Source: an uncultured Verrucomicrobiae bacterium
GTDB taxonomy: Bacteria; Verrucomicrobiota; Verrucomicrobiia; Chthoniobacterales; Terrimicrobiaceae
DNA: 64,000 nt
Direction of reading: 5' to 3'
Assembly: GCA_963816855.1 (NCBI GenBank)
Contig: CAWFMA010000024.1
Location: 42,198-106,197 of the forward strand
Shown in pieces: positions 21,077-31,290 of this stretch. The notes below the pieces were generated by a model. It saw nothing but the letters and a program-made list of their open reading frames with translations. It was not told where the DNA came from and searched no databases. Every line of letters begins with the position of its first letter. Position 1 is the stretch's first letter. Position numbers and translations under genes: made by a program.

Positions 21077-24000
21077 ATGGCTGCAGTTCCTTTCGTCCAT
21101 TTACACTGCCACACGGAATATTCGCTCCTGGACGGCGCGATCCGGACGAAGGACCTTGTAAAAAAGGCCGTCGAGTTCGGGATGCCGGCGGTGGCGATCA
21201 CCGACCACGGCAATCTGTACGGAGCGGTGGAATTTTATTTGGCCGCAAAAGCAGCCGGCATCCGGCCGATCGTCGGTTGCGAAGCGTACGTTGCACCCAA
21301 CTCGCTGACCGCCCGGAATGCAAGCTCGGCCAGAGAGGCGGCATTTCACCTGACCTTGCTGGCGGCAAATGCTGAAGGCTATCGCAATCTGGTCAAGCTG
21401 GTTACGGCTGCCCATCTTGAAGGCTTTTACTACAAGCCACGCGTCGACAAGGAGCTGTTGGCCAAGCACTCGCGAGGATTGATCGCGCTAAGCGGCTGCC
21501 TGAAGGGGGAGTTGAACGGAAGGTTGCTTACAGGTGACGTTACCGGCGCGCGACGGGTGGCCGGCGAGTATGCCGAGATTTTCGGAAGAGACGGGTTTTT
21601 CATCGAGTTGCACGACCACAACCTGGACGCTCAGCGCCGTTGCAACCCCGGGCTGGTTCGTATCGCTCGGGAGATGGATCTCGGTCTGGTTGCCGCAAAC
21701 GACGTTCACTTTTTGGAGCCTGAGCACCATGAGTCGCATGACGTCATGCTGTGCATCGGCACTGGGGCAATGGTGTTCGATGAGAAGCGCATGCGCTACG
21801 CGCCCGAGCTCTATTTTAAGAGCGGGGACGAGATGGCTTTGCTTTTCCGGGAAGTCCCTGAAGCGATCAGCAACACTTTGAGCGTCGCCGAGCGATGCGA
21901 CCTAAAACTTGAATTCGGGCATCCGAAGTACCCCGCCTTCGAACCGCCCGCCGGAAAGGGACGCGAGGAATATTTTCGCGAGCTATGCTGGCTCGGACTT
22001 GCGGAACGCTACGGTCAGAGGGCGGACAGCGATCCGGAATTGCGGCAGCGCCTCGAATACGAACTCTCCGTCATCGAGAAGACGGGATTCGTCAGTTATT
22101 TTCTGATCGTCTGGGATTTCATCAATCACGCGAGATTGCAGGGCATCCCGGTCGGGCCGGGCCGGGGTTCGGCCGCCGGGTCACTGATTGCTTACGTCCT
22201 GCGCATTACGGATATCGACCCGCTTCGTTACGGCTTGATCTTTGAGCGTTTTCTCAATCCCGAGCGAATCAGTCCGCCTGATATCGACGTGGACTTTTGC
22301 ATGGAACGCCGCGGCGAAGTTATCGAGTACGTGCGGCGCAAATATGGCGAGCGCTGTGTTTCGCAGATTGTGACCTTCGGCACCCTGGGCGCCAAAAGCG
22401 TTGTGCGCGACGTCGGGCGTGTCCTGGGCTGGAGCTATACGGATGCCGACAGACTGGCGAAGATGATCCCCAACGAGTTGAACATTACTCTCTCCGCTGC
22501 GGCCGAGAAAAACCCCGAAATTCGCGCGGCCCTCAGCGACGAGCCCAATACTCGCCAACTCTGGCACCACGCGCTCGTCCTGGAAGGATTGAGCCGGAAC
22601 ACGGGCATCCACGCAGCGGGGGTGGTCATCGGTGATCGGCCGCTTGACGAATACATCCCATTGTGCCGCGGAAAGGACAACGAAGTCGTCAGCCAGTACG
22701 AGATGAATGCCCTCACGGAGCTTGGAATGCTCAAGATGGATTTTCTCGGCTTGAAGACGCTGACCGTTCTCGAAGAGGCTGTCCGTCGAATCCGGGAGGA
22801 GGCTCCAAATTTCCACCTCGCGAAGATTCCCACCGATGATCGCGCCGCGTTTGAAATTTACAATCGAGGCGAAACGCTCGGCGTCTTCCAGATGGAGGGA
22901 GGAGGCATCACCAATTGCTGCAAGCGGTTTGATGTGCGCTCGATCGAGGACATCATCGCCATCGGCGCGCTCTACCGGCCGGGGCCGATGAGGTTCATCG
23001 ACGACTACATCGCTCGCAAAAAAAATCGCAAGACCATCGAGTTTGCTCATCCATTGCTTGAGCAGGTTTGTGCGGAAACCTATGGGATCATTGTCTACCA
23101 GGAGCAGGTTCAGCGCGCCGCCCATGTTCTCGCGGGCTATTCGCTGGGCGAGGCTGATCTTCTCCGGCGCGCGATGGGCAAGAAGGACAGGGAGAAAATG
23201 GCCAAGGAACGCACGCGCTTCGTCAAGGGTTGCCAGCTCGTCAACGGGATCGCGGAGGAGACCGCCAACGCCATTTTCGATTTCATCGCGCGTTTCGCGG
23301 AATACGGCTTCAATAAATCTCACAGCGCCGCCTATGGTTGGATCTCCTATCAAACCGCCTTCCTGAAAGCTCACTATCCCGTCGAGTTCATGGCGGCACT
23401 CCTGACCCACGACGCATCCACCACCGATCGGATTTCCGAAGTGATTGCCGAATGCTCCCGCATGGGCATTAAGATCCTTGCGCCGGATGTCAACTTGAGC
23501 AGCCTGCATTTTCTGCCGGAAAAGTCGGGCCAGGGGATAGCGATCCGTTTTGGGCTGGCTTCGATCAAGAATGTCGGGAGCGCGGCGATGCAGTTGGTGG
23601 TTAGCGAGCGCGAACAGTCAGGCGCCTTCCAGTCGATGGAAGATTTTTGTTCGCGACTCGATTCTCACAGCGTCAACCGGAAAATCCTCGAAAGCCTGGT
23701 CAAATGCGGTGCCTTCGATTGCTTCGGGAAATCCCGCCCGCAGCTGTTTTTCGACCTCGATCGAGCGATATCCCGGGCGGCCGTGCTTCAACGGGATCGG
23801 GTGATCGGACAAGGAGCGCTCTTCGCGGGACTTGAGTCCCAGCCTCCGCAGGCCGAGTCGGCTTCCCCGGTCGAGCCGTGGTCCCGTAACGAAATATTGG
23901 CTTATGAAAAGGAGTTGCTCGGGTTTTACCTTTCCGGGCATCCGCTCGAGCCTTACGCGGGTCATTTCGACAGCCCAAAAATTTTTCCAGTTGCCTGCGC

Positions 24001-24511
24001 CCGGCAGATTGACGAACCGTCATCGGCCCGGCTCGCGGGGGTTATCGGCCTGGTGGAGAAAAGATTCACGAAGAAGAATGGCAAACCGTTCGTCGTGGTT
24101 ATCCTGGAGGATTTCACCGGGCAGATCGAAATTACGGCTTGGGACGATGTCTTCACCAAACACCAGGAACTTCTTGTCCCCGGGGCGGTGGTGGCGGTGG
24201 CGACACGCCTGACGTGCCGGGACGATACCGTCCGGGCCACGGCGAGCGGATTTTATCCCCTTAAACCGAAGGCCTCCGTGAAGCCGGTTCGTCTTCGCCT
24301 GGCGCGCGAAAAACTCTCGGCAGACGTTCTGCCCGACATTTTGGAAACTGTGAAGCGCTTTCCCGGAAAACGCCCGCTAATGATAGAAATCGTTAACGAT
24401 GATGGTATTTCGATCGAGTTCCGGGCCTCGGACCGCTTAGCGGTGGGGGACGAAACGGGGCTGCAAGCAGCGGTCCTTCCGTTTGCGGCGGCAAAAAGTG
24501 TCGCCGCCTGA
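21077..24511 (+). CDS. dnaE: DNA polymerase III alpha subunit
   Basis: PHP domain FVHLHCHTEYSLLDGA, a polymerase core (GPGRGSAAGS, FNKSHSAAY), and a C-terminal OB fold. Confidence 0.97.
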   Translation: MAAVPFVHLHCHTEYSLLDGAIRTKDLVKKAVEFGMPAVAITDHGNLYGAVEFYLAAKAAGIRPIVGCEAYVAPNSLTARNASSAREAAFHLTLLAANAEGYRNLVKLVTAAHLEGFYYKPRVDKELLAKHSRGLIALSGCLKGELNGRLLTGDVTGARRVAGEYAEIFGRDGFFIELHDHNLDAQRRCNPGLVRIAREMDLGLVAANDVHFLEPEHHESHDVMLCIGTGAMVFDEKRMRYAPELYFKSGDEMALLFREVPEAISNTLSVAERCDLKLEFGHPKYPAFEPPAGKGREEYFRELCWLGLAERYGQRADSDPELRQRLEYELSVIEKTGFVSYFLIVWDFINHARLQGIPVGPGRGSAAGSLIAYVLRITDIDPLRYGLIFERFLNPERISPPDIDVDFCMERRGEVIEYVRRKYGERCVSQIVTFGTLGAKSVVRDVGRVLGWSYTDADRLAKMIPNELNITLSAAAEKNPEIRAALSDEPNTRQLWHHALVLEGLSRNTGIHAAGVVIGDRPLDEYIPLCRGKDNEVVSQYEMNALTELGMLKMDFLGLKTLTVLEEAVRRIREEAPNFHLAKIPTDDRAAFEIYNRGETLGVFQMEGGGITNCCKRFDVRSIEDIIAIGALYRPGPMRFIDDYIARKKNRKTIEFAHPLLEQVCAETYGIIVYQEQVQRAAHVLAGYSLGEADLLRRAMGKKDREKMAKERTRFVKGCQLVNGIAEETANAIFDFIARFAEYGFNKSHSAAYGWISYQTAFLKAHYPVEFMAALLTHDASTTDRISEVIAECSRMGIKILAPDVNLSSLHFLPEKSGQGIAIRFGLASIKNVGSAAMQLVVSEREQSGAFQSMEDFCSRLDSHSVNRKILESLVKCGAFDCFGKSRPQLFFDLDRAISRAAVLQRDRVIGQGALFAGLESQPPQAESASPVEPWSRNEILAYEKELLGFYLSGHPLEPYAGHFDSPKIFPVACARQIDEPSSARLAGVIGLVEKRFTKKNGKPFVVVILEDFTGQIEITAWDDVFTKHQELLVPGAVVAVATRLTCRDDTVRATASGFYPLKPKASVKPVRLRLAREKLSADVLPDILETVKRFPGKRPLMIEIVNDDGISIEFRASDRLAVGDETGLQAAVLPFAAAKSVAA

Positions 24512-24559
24512 TTCTCTTTATTGATTGTCGGGGCGCTTGCAAATAGCATTCGCTTTTCC

Positions 24560-25534
24560 ATGAAGACGATTTTTGTAACTGGCGGAGCAGGCTACATCGG
24601 AAGCATTTGTGTCGAGCAATTGCTCAATGAAGGCTACGAGGTGGCGGTCTTCGACAACTTGACCGAAGGCCATCGCAAAGCGGTCGAACCGAGGGCCGAA
24701 TTCTTTCAAGGCGATCTCGCCGACCGCGCGGTGATCAGCCGGGCGATTGGAGAAACGAAGCCGGATGCTGTGATGCATTTTGCCGCCAACGCACTGGTGG
24801 GCGAATCGATGCAAAACCCCTCAAAGTATTTTCGCAATAATGTCGGCAACGGCGTGAATTTGCTCGATGCAGCAGTCGAGCATGGCGTGAAGAAATTCGT
24901 TTTCTCATCGACTTGCGCGACCTTTGGCATTCCTGACCGCGTGCCGATCGATTCCTCGTTTCCTCAGGTGCCGATCAATCCCTATGGAGAATCCAAGCTT
25001 CTATTTGAAAAGGTGCTGCGATGGTACGATGAGATCCACGGTCTCAAGTATGTCGCGCTGCGTTACTTCAATGCGGCCGGCGCGACCGAAAAATATGGGG
25101 AAGATCATCGCATCGAGACCCATTTGATTCCGAATGTTCTCAGGGTGGCGCTCGGGCAGCGGGACGCAGTGGAGATTTACGGCACCGACTACCCGACTCC
25201 GGACGGTTCGTGCATCCGCGATTACATTCACATCCTCGATCTGGCGCAGGCGCATATCCTTGCCTTGAAATCGGAGAAAAGCGAGCGCTTCAACCTCGGA
25301 ACCGGCGGTGGAACTTCTGTCAAGGAAGTCATTGAAACGTGCCGCCAGGTTACGGGAAAGGAGATCAAAGCTGTGGAAAAACCTCGACGGCCCGGCGATC
25401 CGCCGCGCTTGATCGCATCCTCGGAATCGATAAAAAGCGCCCTCTCCTGGGAGCCAAAGTTGCAAGACATTCGGACGATCGTGGAGAGTGCGTGGGCCTG
25501 GCATGTCAAGAACCCAAATGGTTACGGAGATTAG
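24560..25534 (+). CDS. galE: UDP-glucose 4-epimerase
   Basis: MKTIFVTGGAGYIGS Rossmann motif, YGESKLLFE catalytic YxxxK, and DYPTPDGSCIRDYIH. Confidence 0.92.
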   Translation: MKTIFVTGGAGYIGSICVEQLLNEGYEVAVFDNLTEGHRKAVEPRAEFFQGDLADRAVISRAIGETKPDAVMHFAANALVGESMQNPSKYFRNNVGNGVNLLDAAVEHGVKKFVFSSTCATFGIPDRVPIDSSFPQVPINPYGESKLLFEKVLRWYDEIHGLKYVALRYFNAAGATEKYGEDHRIETHLIPNVLRVALGQRDAVEIYGTDYPTPDGSCIRDYIHILDLAQAHILALKSEKSERFNLGTGGGTSVKEVIETCRQVTGKEIKAVEKPRRPGDPPRLIASSESIKSALSWEPKLQDIRTIVESAWAWHVKNPNGYGD

Positions 25535-25697
25535 TTCTCCGTCAGTTAACGGCTCCCAGGAGATTGTTGAGAAACCCGTGTATGCTTACGTTGCTGTCAA
25601 TTTTCGGAAGATCGTAAGGAGCCAGGCGCAGGCCGTAGCGGTGGCGCTACGGACAATGGTGACACCGCGAGGGCCGAAAATTGACGCAACCCGAAGG

Positions 25698-25802
25698 GCG
25701 CGAACTCTTTGGGGCATCTCTCGGCGTCGCTCCTCAGTCACAGCTCCTCAGCGGGGATGCTCCTTCGTCCCTCCACCGATATGTGCCCCAAAGAGCTCGC
25801 GC
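25698..25802. repeat. 19-nt near-perfect inverted repeat with a 67-nt spacer in the dsbD-like leader
   Basis: GCGCGAACTCTTTGGGGCA (25698-25716) pairs with TGCCCCAAAGAGCTCGCGC (25784-25802) at 18 of 19 positions. The spacer holds GCTCCTCAG twice (25729-25737, 25743-25751). Confidence 0.6.
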
Positions 25803-25894
25803 CTGACATGCGCGGGTTTTTCAACAGTTTTCTAGCGGGGGTTCGACGCCGAAAAGGGCAGCGCCAGCGCACCATTTGCGCGCTTCGAGCGTAT

Positions 25895-27988
25895 ATGTTA
25901 AGCGAAGGTATGCTTCGCTGGCTTTTGCTTCCCTTATTGGTTGCGGCCGCGCAGGCTCAAGTCTACCAGGGCAAAACGCTCGTTACGGCTTCCCTAATCG
26001 CGGACACGGCAGCGCTCGTGCCCGGCAAGCCTTTCGAGGTGGGCCTGCTCTTGGAGATGGCGCCTCGCTGGCACACCTATTGGGAATATGCGGGCGATGC
26101 CGGGCTTCCAACCTCCATCAATTGGACGCTTCCTGAAGGATTTGTCGCCGGCCCTATCCAATGGCCCCTGCCCGATCGTGTCATTGAACCGGGCGAGATC
26201 GAGGTCTACGCCTACAAGGACAAGGTTCTCCTCTCAACGACGATTGTTCCTCCCGCCGAAATCGCCGAAAAGTCCGTAACCCTTCGCGCAAAGGCTGATT
26301 GGCTCGTTTGCGAGGAAATTTGTATCCCCGGTTCGGCGAACCTGGAACTTTCGTTGCCAGTGGGCTCAGTGGCCAAAGAAGCGAACGAGGCAATCTTTGC
26401 CGCGTTCCGCAAGCTTCTTCCGGTCGCGACTCCGCCACCCTACGAATTGGCGTGGACACGGGATGCTCAGCATCTATCTCTGAAGGTCGCCGGGTTAAAA
26501 GACGCCAAATCGGTCGATCTGTTTCCGCTCCCTGAAAAGGGCCAACAGGTGGAACACCCTCAGAATGGTCCGATCGAAAACGGGACAGCGACGATAAATC
26601 TCGGAAATTCGGAAGACTTGCGGGGAGTTTTGGTCGTCGAAACAGAGAGCGGACGCCGAGGCTGGCTTGTCTCCTCGAGCGAACAGGTGACCCTCTCAAG
26701 CCCGCAAGCTCCCGCTGCTTTGGGAAGGATCGGCAATCAGCCTGGCCTTTGGAAAGCGTTTATCTTTGGTTTTTTGGGGGGTCTCATCCTGAACCTCATG
26801 CCATGTGTGCTGCCGGTGATCTCGCTGAAGATCTTCGGCTTCATTCGGCAGGCGGGCGACCATCCCGAAAGAATCTTCCGCCACGGGTTGTCCTTTGTCG
26901 CCGGAATCTTCGCATGGTTTCTCGGACTCGGCATGGTAGTGCTGGGCCTCAAGCTTGTCGGGAGAGAGGTGACCTGGGCGTTTCAGTTTCAGAACCCGTG
27001 GTTCAATCTCGCCATCGGCTGCCTTGTCTTTGCTTTTGCGCTCAATCTTTTTGGCGTCTTCGAGATAGTTCTACCGGGTCGAGCGAGCACCGCCCTGGCG
27101 GAAGCCTCGTCAGCCGAGGGATATGCGGGCTCGTTTTTTCAAGGCATATTCGCCACGTTGCTGGCAACCCCCTGCACAGCTCCCTTTCTGGGGACAGCCC
27201 TGGGATTCGCCTTCAGCCAATCTCCTCTGGTGATCCTGGCAATGTTCGGGTCTGTCGCCTTGGGAATGAGCGCGCCGTATTTTCTGCTTTCCGCCCGACC
27301 CGGATGGATGAAAATCTTGCCAAAGCCCGGTGAGTGGATGGAGCGGGTGAAGCAGTTCATGGGTTTCCCGCTACTGGCGACCCTCATCTGGCTTCTTTAC
27401 GTCCTCGGCAATCAAAAAGGACTCGAGGGGGTCATCTGGGCGGCCGCGTTTCTACTGTGTCTGGCGATTGCCTGCTGGATCTACGGCGCATTTTGCGGGC
27501 CCCTCTCTTCCGGGAAGTCACTGGTCGTTTCCCTTCTGGCGATCGCGGTGATCGTTCTGGGCGGCGCCAGGTTTTTCCTCGTCGAGCGGTTCGCGCGTTC
27601 CGCGGTTGTCGGCGAAACTCGAACACCTGCGGAGGGGATACCCTGGAAGCCCTTCTCCCAGAAAAGCCTCGATGAGCTTCTCAAGGACAAGAAGCCGGTC
27701 TTCGTCGATTTTACGGCGGACTGGTGCATTTCCTGCAAGTTCAATGAGCGAACTGCGATTGACGTTGCTCCGGTACGCGAGGCATTCGAAAAGTACGGGG
27801 TCGTGCCGATGAAGGCCGACTGGACCAATGCGAATCCTGAGATCACCGCCGCGTTGAAAAAGTTTGGGCGTGTCGGCGTCCCTTTCTACGTCTTTTATCC
27901 GGGCGGGACGGACAATCAACCGATCACCCTGCCGGAGATCCTCACCCAAAGCATCGTTCTCGATACTCTGACCAAGGCGCGGCGGTAA
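25895..27988 (+). CDS. thiol:disulfide interchange protein DsbD-like (cytochrome c biogenesis TM domain plus C-terminal thioredoxin)
   Basis: Signal peptide MLSEGMLRWLLLPLLVAAAQA, a TM core with NLMPCVLPV and LATPCTAPF, and a C-terminal thioredoxin fold FTADWCISCK. The start was chosen at the internal ATG 25895. Confidence 0.85.
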   Translation: MLSEGMLRWLLLPLLVAAAQAQVYQGKTLVTASLIADTAALVPGKPFEVGLLLEMAPRWHTYWEYAGDAGLPTSINWTLPEGFVAGPIQWPLPDRVIEPGEIEVYAYKDKVLLSTTIVPPAEIAEKSVTLRAKADWLVCEEICIPGSANLELSLPVGSVAKEANEAIFAAFRKLLPVATPPPYELAWTRDAQHLSLKVAGLKDAKSVDLFPLPEKGQQVEHPQNGPIENGTATINLGNSEDLRGVLVVETESGRRGWLVSSSEQVTLSSPQAPAALGRIGNQPGLWKAFIFGFLGGLILNLMPCVLPVISLKIFGFIRQAGDHPERIFRHGLSFVAGIFAWFLGLGMVVLGLKLVGREVTWAFQFQNPWFNLAIGCLVFAFALNLFGVFEIVLPGRASTALAEASSAEGYAGSFFQGIFATLLATPCTAPFLGTALGFAFSQSPLVILAMFGSVALGMSAPYFLLSARPGWMKILPKPGEWMERVKQFMGFPLLATLIWLLYVLGNQKGLEGVIWAAAFLLCLAIACWIYGAFCGPLSSGKSLVVSLLAIAVIVLGGARFFLVERFARSAVVGETRTPAEGIPWKPFSQKSLDELLKDKKPVFVDFTADWCISCKFNERTAIDVAPVREAFEKYGVVPMKADWTNANPEITAALKKFGRVGVPFYVFYPGGTDNQPITLPEILTQSIVLDTLTKARR

Positions 27989-28060
27989 CCGCGAACGATC
28001 CCCAAAGCGGCGAGGACAAATGTCCCTTGCGCGGATCACCCGTGTGAATATTTTCCCACC

Positions 28061-28654
28061 ATGAAAACTTTACTTGCAGTCGTCACCCTTGCGCTTGCCG
28101 CTTCGGTTCAGGCAAGCCCGCAACTTGGCAAGCCGGCGCCGGATTTTTCACTGAATGACCTCTCCGGCAAAAATCACGATCTGTCCGATCTCAAAGGAAA
28201 ATTTGTCGTCTTGGAGTGGGTTAATTTCGGCTGTCCGTTTGTTCGCAAACATTACGGTTCTGAGAATATGCAGAGACTGCAAAAGGAGTTCACCGAGAAA
28301 GGAGTTGTTTGGCTGTCCATTTGTTCTTCCGCGCCCGGGAAGCAGGGGAACGAGACGCCCGAGACCGCGAAGACCGGCTTGAGCCGGTTCGGTTCGGCGG
28401 CGAGCGCCTATCTCGTTGACCAGGATGGCAAGGTGGGCAGGCTTTACGGCGCCAAAACGACTCCCGACATGTTTGTTATTAACCCGGAAGGAATTCTGAT
28501 CTACGCGGGAGCAATTGACGACAAGCCGACCCCGGATCCGTCGACGGTTTCCGGGGCGAATAACTATGTCGAAGCGGCTCTCAAAGAAGCGGAGTCGGGC
28601 AAGGCGGTGTCTGTCCCTTCAACGAAGCCGTACGGTTGCTCGGTGAAGTACTGA
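28061..28654 (+). CDS. secreted redoxin / thioredoxin-fold protein (AhpC/TSA-like)
   Basis: It has a signal peptide and FVVLEWVNFGCPFVRKHY, with a single-Cys redoxin layout. Confidence 0.75.
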   Translation: MKTLLAVVTLALAASVQASPQLGKPAPDFSLNDLSGKNHDLSDLKGKFVVLEWVNFGCPFVRKHYGSENMQRLQKEFTEKGVVWLSICSSAPGKQGNETPETAKTGLSRFGSAASAYLVDQDGKVGRLYGAKTTPDMFVINPEGILIYAGAIDDKPTPDPSTVSGANNYVEAALKEAESGKAVSVPSTKPYGCSVKY

Positions 28655-28774
28655 GCGCCTTCGGCGATTTTGGTGGAGCGGGGCGGGATAGCCCGCGGCA
28701 AATTAACGATTCGCTGGTTTCGGAGCTTTTCTTTCGTCGATCGTACCGCTAAAGGGCCATGAGAACCCCACCTT

Positions 28775-29503
28775 ATGGCCAAAGACCGCGTTCGGCTCCA
28801 GGATCTTGATCAGTCGAAATCTCTCGATCAGGACGAGTACAAAAAAGTCCTTAAAAAGCACCAACTGCAGCTGCTCAATGCGCAGCTCGTCTTACGCGAA
28901 TGCGAAAGATCGCTGATCGTCGTACTTGAGGGCCCTGACGCGGCCGGTAAAGGCGGAGCGATCAAGCGGCTGACCGAGCGGCTCGATCCCCGTCTCATTC
29001 GCGTCTATTCGATCGTCAAACCTACGCCGGAGGAATTTCAACACCACTATATGTGGAGGTTTTGGAATAAGCTTCCGCCCCACGGTCAGACCACGATTTT
29101 CGACAGGTCCTGGTATGGCCGGGTGCTGGTCGAACGCGTGGAGAAGTTCTGCACGGAGGCAGAATGGAAGCGGGCCTACCGGGAAATCAACGAATTTGAG
29201 CGTCAACTGGCGGATGATGGAGCGATCATTATAAAATTCTACCTCCATATCACGAAGGATGAGCAACTCGATCGCTTCAAGCGCCGCGAGGGGGATCCGT
29301 ATAAGCATTGGAAGATCAGCGACGAGGACTGGCGAAACCGCAAACATTGGGATCAGCACAACGAGGCGGCGGAAGAGCTTTTCGAAAAAACCACCCACGA
29401 CCATGCGCCATGGATCGTGATCCCGGCGAACTACAAATGGTACGCGCGAGTCCAGGTCGTGAAGTCCGCGGCGGAACGGGTGGCGAAGGTGCTGGATTTA
29501 TGA
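28775..29503 (+). CDS. polyphosphate kinase 2 family protein
   Basis: LEGPDAAGKGGAIKRL Walker A, FDRSWYGRVLVERV, and a single PPK2 domain length (242 aa). Confidence 0.85.
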   Translation: MAKDRVRLQDLDQSKSLDQDEYKKVLKKHQLQLLNAQLVLRECERSLIVVLEGPDAAGKGGAIKRLTERLDPRLIRVYSIVKPTPEEFQHHYMWRFWNKLPPHGQTTIFDRSWYGRVLVERVEKFCTEAEWKRAYREINEFERQLADDGAIIIKFYLHITKDEQLDRFKRREGDPYKHWKISDEDWRNRKHWDQHNEAAEELFEKTTHDHAPWIVIPANYKWYARVQVVKSAAERVAKVLDL

Positions 29504-30073
29504 GGGCTCTCCGCGGACCTGGACCTGGACGGAATTGATTCCCTGAGTCCGCAGCGCCGCGTCAATCGCCTTTGCCGCCGTTGCGCCTGATACGGCGTTG
29601 ATATCCAGAAAAGCTCTGGCGTCCCGGACCGTCGCGGTGCTCAGAGTGGAATCAGGGACTCCCTCCGTCTCTTTCAAAACGCGCCGAAGACGCCCCAATA
29701 GGATCGCATCTTCAAAGAGACCGGTTCCCTGAGCGTCGATGCGTTTGCTCTTGGAAAACACTAGCGTTCCTCTGCCGCTTTCCGTGAGGTAGCCTTCGCG
29801 GACGGAGACAATGATCTGCTCGGCTTTGGTCAATTCCCTCTTGGGGGCCGCGGGCAGGGTTATTCGCCTTTCGGCGGGAGTTCTCGGCACAGAGGGAGTT
29901 CTGGGCGGCGGTTTGGCAATTCTTGCGACGGCTGGCGGAGCCGGGGAAACCGCGGATGGTTTCCGTTGCTTTGCACCTTGGTACGCGCAGGAGCTTAGAA
30001 GCAATGCTGCAGCGGAGAACCACCCCGAGACCCGGCGAACTTTCCTCGCAACATCCATGCGCATGCGTGCCAT
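29498..30073 (-). CDS. hypothetical lipoprotein (BON-like C-terminal region)
   Basis: Lipobox LLLSSC, a Pro-rich linker, and a C-terminal approx 90-aa region resembling BON domains. It is convergent with ppk2, with a 6-nt overlap. Confidence 0.5.
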   Translation of the reverse strand: MARMRMDVARKVRRVSGWFSAAALLLSSCAYQGAKQRKPSAVSPAPPAVARIAKPPPRTPSVPRTPAERRITLPAAPKRELTKAEQIIVSVREGYLTESGRGTLVFSKSKRIDAQGTGLFEDAILLGRLRRVLKETEGVPDSTLSTATVRDARAFLDINAVSGATAAKAIDAALRTQGINSVQVQVRGEPS

Positions 30074-30160
30074 GAACGATGCGAAAACTCAAGCCGCTAA
30101 CCGGCCGCCTTTTCGCAAATTTGCTCTTGCCGGTTGCGCGAGGAAAAATACGTTCGGTGT

Positions 30161-30682
30161 ATGAGGCAGACCAGTCCGGTCGCGTATGATTCGAAAATCG
30201 AAGGCAATGTGATATTTACACGGCTCGACGCGGCTATCAATTGGATGCGCAGCAACTCTCTTTGGCCCATGCCGATGGGACTGGCTTGTTGCGCCATCGA
30301 ATTGATGGCGGCCTCTTCGTCCCGGTATGACATTTCTCGGTTCGGCGCGGAGGTGATGAGGTTTTCCCCGCGTCAAAGCGACGTCATGATCGTCGCGGGT
30401 ACGGTGACCTACAAGATGGCTTTGGCTGTGAAGAGAATCTGGGAACAAATGCCCGAACCGAAATGGTGCATCGCGATGGGCGCGTGCGCTTCAAGCGGCG
30501 GCATGTATCGGAGCTATGCCGTCCTGCAAGGAATCGATCATTTGCTGCCCGTGGACGTCTATGTTTCCGGCTGTCCCCCGAGGCCCGAGGCCCTTCTCGA
30601 CGGCCTTATCAAGCTCCAGAAAAAAATCATGGGCGAACATTCTCTCGCCGATCAAAAGAAGGCGCTCTCCGAAGCCGTATGA
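30161..30682 (+). CDS. nuoB: NADH-quinone oxidoreductase subunit B
   Basis: It carries the N2 cluster ligands: [16 protein letters not shown] and SGCPPRP. The ATG at 30161 is preferred to the TTG at 30134. Confidence 0.93.
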   Translation: MRQTSPVAYDSKIEGNVIFTRLDAAINWMRSNSLWPMPMGLACCAIELMAASSSRYDISRFGAEVMRFSPRQSDVMIVAGTVTYKMALAVKRIWEQMPEPKWCIAMGACASSGGMYRSYAVLQGIDHLLPVDVYVSGCPPRPEALLDGLIKLQKKIMGEHSLADQKKALSEAV

Positions 30683-31290
30683 CCCTGGAGCAAGCGTTGG
30701 CGCGGTTGCGGGAAAGTTACGCGCAGTCGATTCTCTCCGAAACGGAGTTTCGCGGAGAGAAATCGCTCTCGGTAAAAATCGAGTCGTTGCCGGAAATGTG
30801 CAGGTTTTGCCGTGATGAGCTGGGTTTCGATTACCTCATCGATATCTCCAGCGTTGATCACTTTGGAAGCTACCCGCGCTACGAGATCGTCTACGAGCTT
30901 TATTCCATGGCGAGCTCCGTCCACCTCCGGATCAAAACGCTGGTCCCCGACGAGGATAACCCCGTCGCGCCCACTGTTTCCGACATCTGGCCGACTGCCA
31001 ATTGGCACGAGCGCGAAGTCTACGATATGATGGGTATTCGGTTTGACGGCCACCCTGACCTGCGTCGGATCCTGATGTGGGAAGGATACCCTTTCTTTCC
31101 GCTTCGCAAAGATTTTCCCCTGGAGGGGAAACCAAGCGAGGTTGCCGAAGTCGCTTTCACGGATGCGGCGCCGCTGGCCGGCGGACCGTTCGTCACGGCT
31201 CCCATCGACGGCACCACCCAGGTGCGCGAACCGCGCGCGCGTCGTGGAGGAGATGAACTCCCGCGCGAAAAATTTATTGCCGAACCTTGA
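30679..31290 (+). CDS. nuoC: NADH-quinone oxidoreductase subunit C
   Basis: [26 protein letters not shown] is the NuoC signature. Its ATG overlaps the nuoB stop (ATGA). Confidence 0.9.
   Translation: MTLEQALARLRESYAQSILSETEFRGEKSLSVKIESLPEMCRFCRDELGFDYLIDISSVDHFGSYPRYEIVYELYSMASSVHLRIKTLVPDEDNPVAPTVSDIWPTANWHEREVYDMMGIRFDGHPDLRRILMWEGYPFFPLRKDFPLEGKPSEVAEVAFTDAAPLAGGPFVTAPIDGTTQVREPRARRGGDELPREKFIAEP

Noticed and set aside
25488-25835. A 115-aa ORF and the long 5' extension of the dsbD-like ORF (from 25709) in the galE-dsbD gap.
   Set aside because: The translations are Arg/Ser-rich and precede an obvious signal peptide at 25895. The region is better explained as a structured leader (see the inverted repeat finding).
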